Shown here one piece after another: positions 30,973 to 42,488 of a DNA stretch of 64,000 bases. The stretch comes from an uncultured Solirubrobacterales bacterium (GTDB lineage Bacteria > Actinomycetota > Thermoleophilia > Solirubrobacterales > Solirubrobacteraceae), in assembly GCA_963718935.1 (NCBI GenBank), contig OY970379.1:2770108-2834107 (forward strand), given 5' to 3'. The notes below the pieces were generated by a model. The model had not been told where the DNA came from. It worked only from the letters and a program-made list of their open reading frames with translations, and did not search any database. The first letter of the stretch is position 1, and each line of letters begins with the position of its first letter. A program made the translations under genes and the position numbers.

Positions 30973-33000
30973 TCAAGGGCGCGGAGTATAGCTCGCTTGC
31001 ATGCGCTCGCCAAAGTCAGGGAGCGACATCGCGCCGAGATCGCCGCCGTGGCGCTCGCGCACGGAGACTGTCTCCTGCTCGGACTCACGCTCGCCGACGA
31101 CCAGCATGTACGGAATCTTGCGCAGCTCGGCGTCCCTGATCTTGCGGCCGACCGACTCGCCGCGCTCGTCGAGCTCGACGTAAGCGCCCAGCTCGCGCAG
31201 GCGCTTGGCCACGCTCAAACCGTACTCGTTGAAACGATCGGCGACCGGCAGGACGATCGCCTGGACCGGCGCCAGCCACACGGGCAGCTCGCCGGCGTAG
31301 TGCTCGAGCATGATCCCGATGAAGCGCTCATAGGAGCCGAACGAGGCCCTGTGAATCATCACCGGGGTGTGCTCCGAGTTGTCCGCGCCGGTATAGGTCA
31401 GGCCGAAGCGTTTCGGCGTCGAGTAGTCCAGCTGGACTGTTCCCAACTGCCAGGAGCGCCCCAGGGAGTCGGTCATGTGCATGTCGATCTTGGGACCGTA
31501 GAAGGCGCCGTCGCCGGGGTTCAGCTCGTAGGCCAGGCCACGGTCTTCGAGCGCCCTGGCCAGGGCGCTCTCGGCGCGATCCCACATCTCCTCGTCGCCG
31601 ATCCGCTCTTCGGGGTTCACGGGCCTGGTCGAAAGCTCGAGGCGTACCTCGAGCTCGAACATGGCGTACGTCGAAAAGGCCAGCTCCAGGCAGCCCGACA
31701 CCTCATCTTGGACCTGGTCTTCGGCGCAGAAGATATGGGCATCGTCCTGGGCGAAGTGCCTGACGCGCAGCAGGCCGTGCAGGACGCCGGAGGCCTCGTT
31801 GCGGTGCAGCAGGCCGGGCTCTGAGTAGCGCACGGGCAGCTCGCGATAGGAGTGACGTTTGCTGGCATACAGATGGGCATGGCCAGGGCAGTTCATCGGC
31901 TTGACGCCCATCTCCCGGCCCTCGACGTCGAGCGTGAACATGTTCTGCTTGTACTTGCCCCAGTGCCCCGAGGTCTTCCACAGCTCGGCGTCGTAGATCA
32001 GGGGCGTCTTGACCTCGGTGTAGCCGCGCACCGCCGCCATCTCGCGCGAGATCGCGACCAGCCTATTCCATAGCCTGGTGCCCGCCGGCAGCCAGAAGGC
32101 CGAGCCTGGCGAGACGTCCGAGAAGGTGAACAGCTGAAGCTCGCGGCCGAGTTTGCGATGGTCGCGCAGCCGGGCCTGCTCCAAGCGCTCCAGGTGCTCT
32201 GCCAGTTCGGCCTTGTTGTGAAAAGCGGTCCCGTATACGCGGGTCAGCATCGTCCTGGTCGAGTCTCCGCGCCAGTAGGCGCCCGCCAGCGACTGCAGCT
32301 TGAAGGCGCCGATCGTCGCGGTGCTCCTGGCGTGCGGGCCGCGGCAGAGGTCGGTGAACGGGCCGTTCGTATACAGCGAGACCGTGTCCAAGCTCAGGCC
32401 TTTGGCTTTCGCGTCGGCCACGAGATCGTCGATCAGCTCGACCTTGTAGTCCTGGTGTTCGGCCACGAAGCGCTCGCGCGCCTGCCCGGGCGTGACGTCC
32501 TGACGCTCGAAGGGCTCGCCAGCCTTGATGTGGGTGAGCATCTGGGCTTCGATCGCGGGCAGATCGGCCTCGGTCGGGGCGCTGCCATCCGGGAACTCGA
32601 AGTCGTAGTAGAAGCCCTGTTCGATCGGCGGGCCGATCGATATCTTGACCCCCGGATACAGCTCCAAGACCGCGCTCGCAAGCACGTGGGCGGCGTCGTG
32701 TCTGATCAGCTCGAGCGCGGCCGGGCCGCTCTTGGCGGTAAGAATCGCGATATGGGCGCCGTCTGGCAGCGGCCTTGCCAGATCGCGGACCTCCCCGGCG
32801 CCATCGACGCCGGCGGCCGCGCTCGCACCCGGCGCCTCCCCCGTGCCCGGCGCCGATCCGCCCGCCGGCGGGTGGCTGACCTCGACCGCCAGCGCCGCCC
32901 GAGCGAGACCGGGCCCGATCGCCAAGGCGGCATCCTCGCCGGTGGCGCCATCTGGGAGCTTCAGCTCGTTTCCGTCCGGGAGCGTGACCGCGATCGACAT
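30973..33000 (-). CDS. thrS: Threonyl-tRNA synthetase
   Basis: TGS domain, RHDAAHVLA, GFYYDF, DLCRGPH, RDHRKLG.EL, KPMNCPGH, GLLRVR.F.QDD.H, FYGPKID, IHRA.FGS.ERF. Confidence 0.98.
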   Translation of the reverse strand: MSIAVTLPDGNELKLPDGATGEDAALAIGPGLARAALAVEVSHPPAGGSAPGTGEAPGASAAAGVDGAGEVRDLARPLPDGAHIAILTAKSGPAALELIRHDAAHVLASAVLELYPGVKISIGPPIEQGFYYDFEFPDGSAPTEADLPAIEAQMLTHIKAGEPFERQDVTPGQARERFVAEHQDYKVELIDDLVADAKAKGLSLDTVSLYTNGPFTDLCRGPHARSTATIGAFKLQSLAGAYWRGDSTRTMLTRVYGTAFHNKAELAEHLERLEQARLRDHRKLGRELQLFTFSDVSPGSAFWLPAGTRLWNRLVAISREMAAVRGYTEVKTPLIYDAELWKTSGHWGKYKQNMFTLDVEGREMGVKPMNCPGHAHLYASKRHSYRELPVRYSEPGLLHRNEASGVLHGLLRVRHFAQDDAHIFCAEDQVQDEVSGCLELAFSTYAMFELEVRLELSTRPVNPEERIGDEEMWDRAESALARALEDRGLAYELNPGDGAFYGPKIDMHMTDSLGRSWQLGTVQLDYSTPKRFGLTYTGADNSEHTPVMIHRASFGSYERFIGIMLEHYAGELPVWLAPVQAIVLPVADRFNEYGLSVAKRLRELGAYVELDERGESVGRKIRDAELRKIPYMLVVGERESEQETVSVRERHGGDLGAMSLPDFGERMQASYTPRP

Positions 33001-33135
33001 CTCAGGCGTTGCAGGCTACCCGGCGCCGGCGGATGAGCGCCGGTTCGCACCGGCCGATCGACTCGGCGGACGCCGATCGGTCCGAGCCAGAAACACCTGG
33101 TGACGACGCTCGTCTGCGGGTGAGAAGATCGAGAA

Positions 33136-33624
33136 ATGCGGATAGACGAGCAGCACCCAATCTCCATCAAGCTGTATCCGGCCCAGGTCGAGGAGGTCGT
33201 CAGGGCCGCCACCGGCAGCGCCGGACCGAGCATCTCGGCTTTGATCGCCGACACCCTCAGCGCGCCCCTGCCCAGCGCCGACCCGCGCACCGACGCGAAC
33301 TCGGGCGCCGAAGCCGAGCCCGGATCACCCGCCGGAACCAAGGCCGCTGAAGGGAGCTCGCGCCGAGAAGTCAGGCCGAGCGGGCATCTGAGGCAGAGGA
33401 TGCCGATCGGCGAGATCGACCCAAGGTTGTCGCGCTCGCTGTTCAGAGGCCTGTCGATCCTGACGTGCTTCACCCCCGACGGCAAGCCGCGCGGTGTCGT
33501 CGAAATCGCCGACGAGCTGGGCATGAGCCCCTCGACGACCCATCGCTACGCCCTGACCCTGGTCGAGCTCGGGCTGTTGCGGCGCAGCCCGACGACGCGC
33601 AAGTACAGCCTGCCGACGCCCTAG
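33136..33624 (+). CDS. Small IclR-type winged-HTH protein lacking effector domain (paralog of 1509-1922)
   Basis: LSRSLFRGLSILTCF..GVVEIADELGMSPSTTHRYALTLVELGLL.R.P.TRKY. Confidence 0.8.
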   Translation: MRIDEQHPISIKLYPAQVEEVVRAATGSAGPSISALIADTLSAPLPSADPRTDANSGAEAEPGSPAGTKAAEGSSRREVRPSGHLRQRMPIGEIDPRLSRSLFRGLSILTCFTPDGKPRGVVEIADELGMSPSTTHRYALTLVELGLLRRSPTTRKYSLPTP

Positions 33625-34403
33625 AAAAGGAGCGACTCGAGCCCGATCACCGGCGAAGTCTCAAGGTCGCCTACGCGCCTCACGGCCAAAAGGACGCCCG
33701 GCATGAAGGCATCCCTACCGGTCGTGTCGTGCCTGATCGTCAGCGTCTGGCCGACATCGCCGAGGATCACCTCCTGGTTGGCGACCAGGCCCGGCAGACG
33801 CACCGAGTGGATCGGCGGCGCCTGCGAGCCGGTCGCCTCTGCCATCAGCTCCGCCGTCAGCTTGGCTGTGCCGCTGGGCGCGTCGAGCTTCTGGTCGTGA
33901 TGCAGCTCGATGATCTCGGCCTTCGCCATCCTGGCGGCCGCGATCGCCGCGAAACGCATCATCAGGACTGCGCCGATCGCGAAGTTCGGGACGATCAATA
34001 CGTTCGCGGCGGGCCTGCCCGCGCCGGCCCCCTTCGCGCGCGCGCCGGGCGCAGGCTCGTCCGCGATCGCCGGGCTGTCCGCGGCGGGCATGTCCGCGGC
34101 GGGCCCCCACGCGCGCGCGTGGGTCGCCGATCCGAGCTCTGCCACCAGCGCCTCCACGTCGAAGCCGGTCGTGCCGACGACCACGTGCACGCCGGCTTCT
34201 ACACACGCCAGCACGTTCGCGAGGGCCGTGTCGGGCCTCGTAAAGTCGACGACCACGTCGGCGCCGGCCAAGGCCTGCTCCAAGCCGACCCCCAGCACCG
34301 GGTCGGCCTTGGCGACGAGCTCCATGTCCGGGGCGCTCTCGAGCGCGGCGCACGTCGTCGCGCCCATCTTGCCGGCGGCGCCCGCGACCGCGACCTTGAT
34401 CAC
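33621..34403 (-). CDS. dapB: 4-hydroxy-tetrahydrodipicolinate reductase
   Basis: IKVAVAGAAGKMG, VVVDFT, VVGTTG, PNFAIGAVL, EIIELHH..K.DAPSGTA, IHSVRL.G..A.QEV, IRHD; GTG 34403. Confidence 0.96.
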   Translation of the reverse strand: MIKVAVAGAAGKMGATTCAALESAPDMELVAKADPVLGVGLEQALAGADVVVDFTRPDTALANVLACVEAGVHVVVGTTGFDVEALVAELGSATHARAWGPAADMPAADSPAIADEPAPGARAKGAGAGRPAANVLIVPNFAIGAVLMMRFAAIAAARMAKAEIIELHHDQKLDAPSGTAKLTAELMAEATGSQAPPIHSVRLPGLVANQEVILGDVGQTLTIRHDTTGRDAFMPGVLLAVRRVGDLETSPVIGLESLLF

Positions 34404-34473
34404 CGCGCGCCACCCTTGCGGACGTCCACCCACGCGCGCGCGCCACCAACGCAAGCGGCGGTGCTCGAGCCGC

Positions 34474-35799
34474 TCACGCCGCCACCTTGCCGAGCGGCGC
34501 GAGCGCCTTCAAGAAAACCCCTTCGTCGGCGCCGACCCCAGCGGCCGAAAGGGCGTCGGGAGCGAACAGCTCGCCGGCCAGCTCCTTCAGGTCCTCGATC
34601 GTGACCGCGTCGATGCGCTCGAAGATCTCCTCGACCGAGTAGATCGGCAGGCCTCCGAGCAGTGACGACCCGAGCCGGTTCATGCGTGCCGAGGTCGACT
34701 CCAACGACAGCGCGACCCTGCCCTTCAGGTTCTCGCGCGAGCGCTCCAGCTCGGCCGCTGTCGCCGGCTTCTCGATCGCGCGCTCCAACTCGTTTGCGAT
34801 CGTGGCGACCGCCTCGCTGAGGTTGTCCGGGCGCGTGCCCACGTACACGCCGACCTCGCCGGTCTGTTCGTATTGGGCCGAGAACGTGAACACCGAGTAG
34901 GCCAGGCCCTTACGCTCGCGCACCTCCTGGAAGAGCCTCGACGAGGAGGTGCCCCCGAGGATGCCTTCCAATACCCGCAGCGCGAAGCGGCGCTCGTCGT
35001 GCCTGCCGATGCCTGGGCCACCCAAGCAGAAGTGGTACTGCTCGGTGTCCTTCGCCAAGAACTTGACCCTGCGCTCGAACGCCGGCTCGCTCCACGCCGG
35101 GCGGCCCTCAACGAACGTCCCGGGCACACCCCCGCCGTCGTTCTCACCCGCGCCCGCCGGCCCCGCCGCGTCGTGGCGATCCGGGCCCGCGGCCGAAGCC
35201 AGCTCGACCAGGGTGTCGTGATCGACAGACCCGGCCGCGGCGATAACGACATCGCCCGGCAGATAGCGCGCCTCGTGGAAAGCTTTCAATCGCTCGAGCG
35301 TAACGGCGCCCACGACCGCGGCGTCGCCGATCACCGCCCGACCCAGAGGGTGCTCCCCGAAGACCGCGCCGCCGAGCACGTCGAACACGCGGTCCTGCGG
35401 GTCGTCCTCGTACATGGCGATCTCCTCCAGCACGACCTCGCGCTCGGCCTCCAGCGATTCCAGGCGCGGCTCGAAGACCATCTCGGCGGCCGCCTCGAAC
35501 GCGCGCTTCAGGTGCCTGTCCATGACCCTCGTGTACAGCGAGGTCGTCTCGCGGTCGGTGCCGGCGTTGACCTCGGCGCCCATCCCGTCGAACAGCTCGT
35601 CGATCTCGTGCGACTTATAGCTGTCGGTGCCCCTGAACAGCATGTGCTCGAGCAGATGACTCAGCCCTGCCTGCTCCTCGGACTCCATCGCCGAGCCCGT
35701 GCCGATCCAGAAGCCAAGGGCGACCGAGCGCACGCCCTCGATCCGCTCGGACACGACCCTTACCCCGCTCGGCAGAGTGCTCGTCTGGTGCCCGCTCAC
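34474..35799 (-). CDS. M16 (pitrilysin-like) zinc peptidase
   Basis: GLSHLLEHMLFRGT (HxxEH), ER.VVLEEI.M.ED.P, LGG..SSRLFQEVRE.KGLAYSV; start approximate. Confidence 0.93.
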   Translation of the reverse strand: MSGHQTSTLPSGVRVVSERIEGVRSVALGFWIGTGSAMESEEQAGLSHLLEHMLFRGTDSYKSHEIDELFDGMGAEVNAGTDRETTSLYTRVMDRHLKRAFEAAAEMVFEPRLESLEAEREVVLEEIAMYEDDPQDRVFDVLGGAVFGEHPLGRAVIGDAAVVGAVTLERLKAFHEARYLPGDVVIAAAGSVDHDTLVELASAAGPDRHDAAGPAGAGENDGGGVPGTFVEGRPAWSEPAFERRVKFLAKDTEQYHFCLGGPGIGRHDERRFALRVLEGILGGTSSSRLFQEVRERKGLAYSVFTFSAQYEQTGEVGVYVGTRPDNLSEAVATIANELERAIEKPATAAELERSRENLKGRVALSLESTSARMNRLGSSLLGGLPIYSVEEIFERIDAVTIEDLKELAGELFAPDALSAAGVGADEGVFLKALAPLGKVAA

Positions 35800-35903
35800 C
35801 CGCGTCTCACCGCCATCGCCCGACCGTCGTCCGGACGCGTGGCGCGATCGCGCCACGCGCTTTGGCGGCGCCGGCCGATCGGCCGGCGCCGCCGAGATGC
35901 CTC

Positions 35904-38288
<2,385 letters not shown>

Positions 38289-38416
38289 TCTGCCTTCCTA
38301 TATTCCGCCGTCGGATCGGGACGCGGCGCGCCCCTGGCGGATCGTTTTCTCATCTCTTGTTCCGAACCAGCGCAGCTTAGCGAACACGTACGCCACCGGC
38401 CACCGTCGGCGCGAGC

Positions 38417-38439
38417 GGGCGGGCGGGCGGGCGGGCGGG
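38417..38439 (+). repeat. (GGGC)6 tetranucleotide run, G-quadruplex consensus
   Basis: GGG runs at 38417, 38421, 38425, 38429, 38433, 38437 with single-C loops. Confidence 0.8.
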
Positions 38440-38453
38440 CGCCCTATTCGGGC

Positions 38454-38930
38454 TCAGCCGGCCGCTGCGACCTTCGCCGCGGCCAGTCCTTCGCGCAGCA
38501 GATCCAGGCCCGGCAGCTCGGCCGGCGTCGGCGCCTGATAGCTCCAGCCCACGACGCCGTCTTGGCCGACGATCACCAGGGCGCGCTGCGCAAAGCCACC
38601 ATCGTGCAGCGCCCCGAACGCTTCGCACGCCGCGCCCTTCGGCTCGAAGTCCGACAGTCCTTGAATGCTCACGCCGAGCTTCTCTCTGAAGGCCCGCTGC
38701 GCATAAGCGCTATCGCACGAGACCCCATAGATCTGCGTCCCACCGGCCGTCAGCTCGGCCAGCGCCTCGTCGTAGACCTGCAACTGGTCTGTACACACCG
38801 GGCTGAACGCGAACGGATAGAAGACCAGGATCGTCGTCTGGCCTTGCAAGTCGGCCTCGGTAAAGCCCTCTCCGTTTTCGCGGATCAGCCGGAACGCCGG
38901 GACCTCGGCGCCGGGCTCGATCACCGCCAT
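38454..38930 (-). CDS. AhpC/TSA-family peroxiredoxin (AhpE-like, probably 1-Cys)
   Basis: G...P.F.L, FYPFAFSPVCTDQL (PxxxT/SxxC), GVSCDS.YAQRAF, LSDF.PKG, R.LVIV...G.V. Confidence 0.88.
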   Translation of the reverse strand: MAVIEPGAEVPAFRLIRENGEGFTEADLQGQTTILVFYPFAFSPVCTDQLQVYDEALAELTAGGTQIYGVSCDSAYAQRAFREKLGVSIQGLSDFEPKGAACEAFGALHDGGFAQRALVIVGQDGVVGWSYQAPTPAELPGLDLLREGLAAAKVAAAG

Positions 38931-38942
38931 TTCAGAAAGCCC

Positions 38943-39048
38943 GTGAGACGGACGTCGACCAAGCGGAGCACGAACGCAGGGAACGTGGCGTACTCAGTAC
39001 GCGAGCGACTGAGGACACAGCTCCGCGCAGTGTCCACGTTCGTCTCAC
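38943..39048 (-). other. Highly structured intergenic element between rpsO and the peroxiredoxin gene (candidate cis-regulatory RNA)
   Basis: Complementary pairs read by eye: GUGAGACGAACGU/ACGUCCGUCUCAC, GAACGUG/CACGUUC, GACAC/GUGUC, CUCAGU/ACUGAG, GCGGAGC/GCUCCGC. Confidence 0.45.
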
Positions 39049-39317
39049 TTGCGCAGGCCGAGCTCTTTGATCAGAGCGCGATAGCCCTCTAGATCGGTGC
39101 GTTGCATGTAGTCCAAAAACCGCCTGCGCCGGCCGACCAGCATCAACAGGCCCCTCCGCGAGTGGTGGTCTTTCTTCTGCTCGCGCAAGTGCTCGGTCAG
39201 GTGGTTGATGCGCTCGGTCAGCAGGGCAACCTGAACCCTGGTGTTGCCGGTGTCGCGCTCGTCGCCACCGAACTTGGCGGCGATCTCGCGCTTGCGCTCT
39301 GCGGTTATGGCGGCCAT
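39045..39317 (-). CDS. rpsO: 30S ribosomal protein S15
   Basis: DTG.T.VQVALLT.RI..LTEHL...[19 protein letters not shown]. Confidence 0.98.
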   Translation of the reverse strand: MAAITAERKREIAAKFGGDERDTGNTRVQVALLTERINHLTEHLREQKKDHHSRRGLLMLVGRRRRFLDYMQRTDLEGYRALIKELGLRK

Positions 39318-39366
39318 TTGCGCGCCAACGGTAGCAGGTGCGGTATGGAATTCCGGTCGCGCCCGC

Positions 39367-40260
39367 TCAGCCCCGAGCGATCAGCTCCCGGGTATGGGCC
39401 ACGTCCTCGTGCATCTGCTCGATCAGGTCCTCCGCGGTGTCAAAGCGCCGCTCGCCGCGCAGCCGCGCCAGGAAGTCCAGACGCAGGTTCGTTCCGTACA
39501 GGTCGCCGTCGAAGTCCAGTAGGTGGGCCTCGATCAGCTCGCCCCGGCCGGTCGCGAACGTCGGGCGCACGCCGATGCTGACGGCGGCGGGCGTCGCGCC
39601 GTTGGCCAGGCACGCGTAGACGCCGTGGCCCGGGCAGGCCAGCGCCTCCTCGGGCACGAGGTTCGCCGTCGGAAAGCCGAGCTCGCGCCCGCGCTCGTCG
39701 CCGTGCACGACCTCGCCGCGCAGCTGAAACGGAGCGCCCAAGAAGCGCGCGGCCTGATCGACCTCGCCCGCTCCGACCAATCCCCTGATATGGCTCGAGG
39801 AGACGATCTCGCCGTCGATTTCGAGCAGCGGTCGCACAACCGTCTGAAAGCGACCGTCCGCGGCGAGCAGTTCGGGGTCGCCCTGGGCGCGGTGTCCGAA
39901 CCTGAAGTTCTCGCCGATCGCGACCCGTTCCGCGCCGAGCGCGCCGACAAGCACGTCGGCTATGAACACCTCGGCCGAGCGAGCCGCGAAGTCGGCGTCG
40001 AACGGGATCACGATCAGCTCCTCGACGCCCAAGCCCTCGATCAGCTCGGCCTTGGCCTCGAGCGTCGTCAACAGCTTCGGGGTGTGTCGCGGCGCCACGA
40101 CCGAGACCGGATGTGGCTCGAAGGTGAGCACGCTGTCCGAGCCCTCGATCACCGCGCGATGCCCGAAGTGCACGCCGTCGAAGGTGCCGACAGCCACGCT
40201 GCGCCCGGGCCGCTGGGCCGCTTCCACGGACGGCAGGTCGGGCAGCCAGATGACCTTCAC
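39367..40260 (-). CDS. ribF: Bifunctional FAD synthetase / riboflavin kinase
   Basis: [60 protein letters not shown]. Confidence 0.96.
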   Translation of the reverse strand: MKVIWLPDLPSVEAAQRPGRSVAVGTFDGVHFGHRAVIEGSDSVLTFEPHPVSVVAPRHTPKLLTTLEAKAELIEGLGVEELIVIPFDADFAARSAEVFIADVLVGALGAERVAIGENFRFGHRAQGDPELLAADGRFQTVVRPLLEIDGEIVSSSHIRGLVGAGEVDQAARFLGAPFQLRGEVVHGDERGRELGFPTANLVPEEALACPGHGVYACLANGATPAAVSIGVRPTFATGRGELIEAHLLDFDGDLYGTNLRLDFLARLRGERRFDTAEDLIEQMHEDVAHTRELIARG

Positions 40261-40271
40261 GGAAGCACAGC

Positions 40272-40979
40272 CTAGTGGTCTTGGCCTGGCGGACGCACGG
40301 CCTCGTGGTCTTGGCCAGCGTCCGACAGGAGCGCGAGAGTCTGCTCCAGCTCGATCAGCGGCGGATCTCTCCAGTCAGAGCCCTTTGGCGGCGGCGGCAC
40401 CGCGTCCTTCACCGAGAACGGTCCGATCGCGGTGCGACGAAGCTCGAGGCAGTAGGCGTCGTTCAGGTCCGCGATCAGCGAACGCACGTATGTGCCCGAC
40501 GAGCATTCGATCTCGTATCTCGCCAGATCGCCTTCGCGCCAGGTCTGCTCGAAGCGGTTCACCTCGACGGTGCGCTCGGGCAACTCGAACTCCTCGCCCG
40601 CCCGCGCGCGGGCATAGGCGCGCCGGCCACCGACCTTCACCGCCGAATGGCGAGGCGGACGCTGTTTGACCTGACCGGTCGGCAGTGCCGGCGGGTCTGG
40701 CGGGACACGTCCGGTGACGGCGATCTCGCCCTCTGGATCGCCCGTACTCGAAATTGCACCCAGCCGAGCAAGCGTCTCGTATCGCTTGGTGAGCGCCATC
40801 ACCCGGGCCTGGATCTTCGTCGCGCGCCCTACCAGCACGACCAGCAGGCCGGTCGCGAACGGGTCGAGCGTGCCCGCGTGGCCGACCTTGACCTGTCCGC
40901 CGAGCCCACGCTTGACGAGGGCCACCACATCGTGTGAGGTGATCCCGGCCGGCTTGTCGATCAGCAAAATGCCGTTCAC
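40272..40979 (-). CDS. truB: tRNA pseudouridine(55) synthase, compact form
   Basis: GILLIDKPAGITSHDVV, KVGHAGTLDPFATG, SAVKVGGRRAY, CSSGTYVRSL, LRRT.IG.F. Confidence 0.95.
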   Translation of the reverse strand: MNGILLIDKPAGITSHDVVALVKRGLGGQVKVGHAGTLDPFATGLLVVLVGRATKIQARVMALTKRYETLARLGAISSTGDPEGEIAVTGRVPPDPPALPTGQVKQRPPRHSAVKVGGRRAYARARAGEEFELPERTVEVNRFEQTWREGDLARYEIECSSGTYVRSLIADLNDAYCLELRRTAIGPFSVKDAVPPPPKGSDWRDPPLIELEQTLALLSDAGQDHEAVRPPGQDH

Positions 40980-42070
40980 GCCGAAGCGGGCGCCAGCGCC
41001 GGCGCCGGCCGCAACTGCGCCGCCAGCTCACGGCGCAGAAACTCGATCAGCGCGTCCGGCTCGAGCATTGTCGTAAAGCCGGCGGCGCGGCGATGCCCGC
41101 CGCCGCCCTGGGCACGCGCGATCTTGGAGACGTCGACATCGTCGTCGGTCGCGCGCAGCGACACTTTGCGCCGTACCCCCTCCGCGCGGGCGCGCCCCTC
41201 CTCGCCCGATTCCCCGTCAGCGCCGCCGGGCCCATGGGCGCCGCCGCCGCCATCGCCAAGCTCACGCACGAGCGCCGCCAGCTTCGTGCCCTGGACGGCG
41301 CGCAGATGATCGATGATGCCCTCCGCGAAGCTGTCGTCCGCGCCCGTCCGCTCGAAGTCCGCTGCGCTCAACGCCGCTACGGTCAGGGCGCCCGCGTCGA
41401 AGCGCCGCATTCCCTCGAGCGCCCGCGCCAGCAGCGCGAGCTTGGCCTCGGGCATGTCCTCGTACAGGCGCCTGTACACGTCTTGCACGTCCACCCCGGC
41501 CGCGATCAGCTCACCCGCCATCTCATGGGCGCGCGGAGTCGTGTTCTCGTACATGAACCGGCCCGTGTCGGTGATCAGGCCGATATACAGCGCCCGCGCC
41601 ACCTCAGGCGTCGGGCCGACGCCAAGTCCATGCATCAGGTCCCAAACGATCTCGGCCGTACACGACGCCCGCGGGACGACGTAGTCGAGCGTGCCGAACC
41701 TGGTGTTGTCGTGATGGTGGTCGATGTTCAGCAGATGCCTGCCCTCCTGCAACACGCTCGCCGAGTTGCGGTCGATGTTGCCGCAATCCAGGAACACGAC
41801 CGTGCGTCCGGCGATGTCGGCGGGCGGCTCGGCGATCAGGCCGTCGAGCTTCAGGAACCGGTACTCGAGCGGCAGCGGCAAGTCGTCCTCGGCGATGAAC
41901 ATCTGGGAGTCCTTGCCCAGCGCGCTCAGCAAGCCCTGCATCCCGACCAGCGAGCCGAGCGCGTCGCCGTCTGGACTCTCGTGAGCTGCCAGCACAAAGC
42001 GCGAGTCCTCTCGAATCCGAGCGAGCACGCGCTCGCGTGTCGCCTCCGTGCTCTCTCTGTCCGCGCTCAC
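40976..42070 (-). CDS. nrnA: DHH/DHHA1 phosphoesterase (NrnA-like nanoRNase/pAp phosphatase)
   Basis: H.SPDGDALGS, LDCG, IDHH, LY.GL.TDTG.F, GGGH..AAG. Confidence 0.92.
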   Translation of the reverse strand: MSADRESTEATRERVLARIREDSRFVLAAHESPDGDALGSLVGMQGLLSALGKDSQMFIAEDDLPLPLEYRFLKLDGLIAEPPADIAGRTVVFLDCGNIDRNSASVLQEGRHLLNIDHHHDNTRFGTLDYVVPRASCTAEIVWDLMHGLGVGPTPEVARALYIGLITDTGRFMYENTTPRAHEMAGELIAAGVDVQDVYRRLYEDMPEAKLALLARALEGMRRFDAGALTVAALSAADFERTGADDSFAEGIIDHLRAVQGTKLAALVRELGDGGGGAHGPGGADGESGEEGRARAEGVRRKVSLRATDDDVDVSKIARAQGGGGHRRAAGFTTMLEPDALIEFLRRELAAQLRPAPALAPASA

Positions 42071-42435
42071 GCGCCCTCGGTCTCGATCTCGTCCAGCAGG
42101 GCGTCGACGCGCAATGCTCGGTCGGTCGTGCCGTCGTATGCGAACTCGAGCGCCGGTGTGCGCTTGAGCTTCAGCTCCGTCGCGATCCTGCCCTGCAGGT
42201 AGCCGTGGGCGCTGCGCAAACCGTCGAGCGCCTGCTCACGCTCGTCCTCCGGCGAGGGCCTGCCGTCCTCGCCGAGCACGCTCACGTACACACGCGCATG
42301 GCGCAGGTCTGCGCTTGTCCTGACGTCTGTCACGGTCACGAATCCGATTCGAGGGTCCTTCAGCTCTCCAATGATCGCGTCGCCGAGCACCTGTCTGAGC
42401 GCCTCGTCCACGCGACGCATGCGTCCCGAACTCAT
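42067..42435 (-). CDS. rbfA: Ribosome-binding factor A
   Basis: KDPRIGFVTVT.V..S.DLRHA.VYVS, LK.TP.L.F..D. Confidence 0.96.
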   Translation of the reverse strand: MSSGRMRRVDEALRQVLGDAIIGELKDPRIGFVTVTDVRTSADLRHARVYVSVLGEDGRPSPEDEREQALDGLRSAHGYLQGRIATELKLKRTPALEFAYDGTTDRALRVDALLDEIETEGA

Positions 42436-42488
42436 CCTATCCCTCCGACCGAACCGTCGCCGCCGCGAGGCTGTATAGAGCGCCCTGT

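Noticed and set aside
38943-39048. Purine riboswitch or hammerhead ribozyme
   Set aside because: The three-way junction lacks the conserved junction nucleotides of purine aptamers and the CUGAnGA/GAAA hammerhead core.
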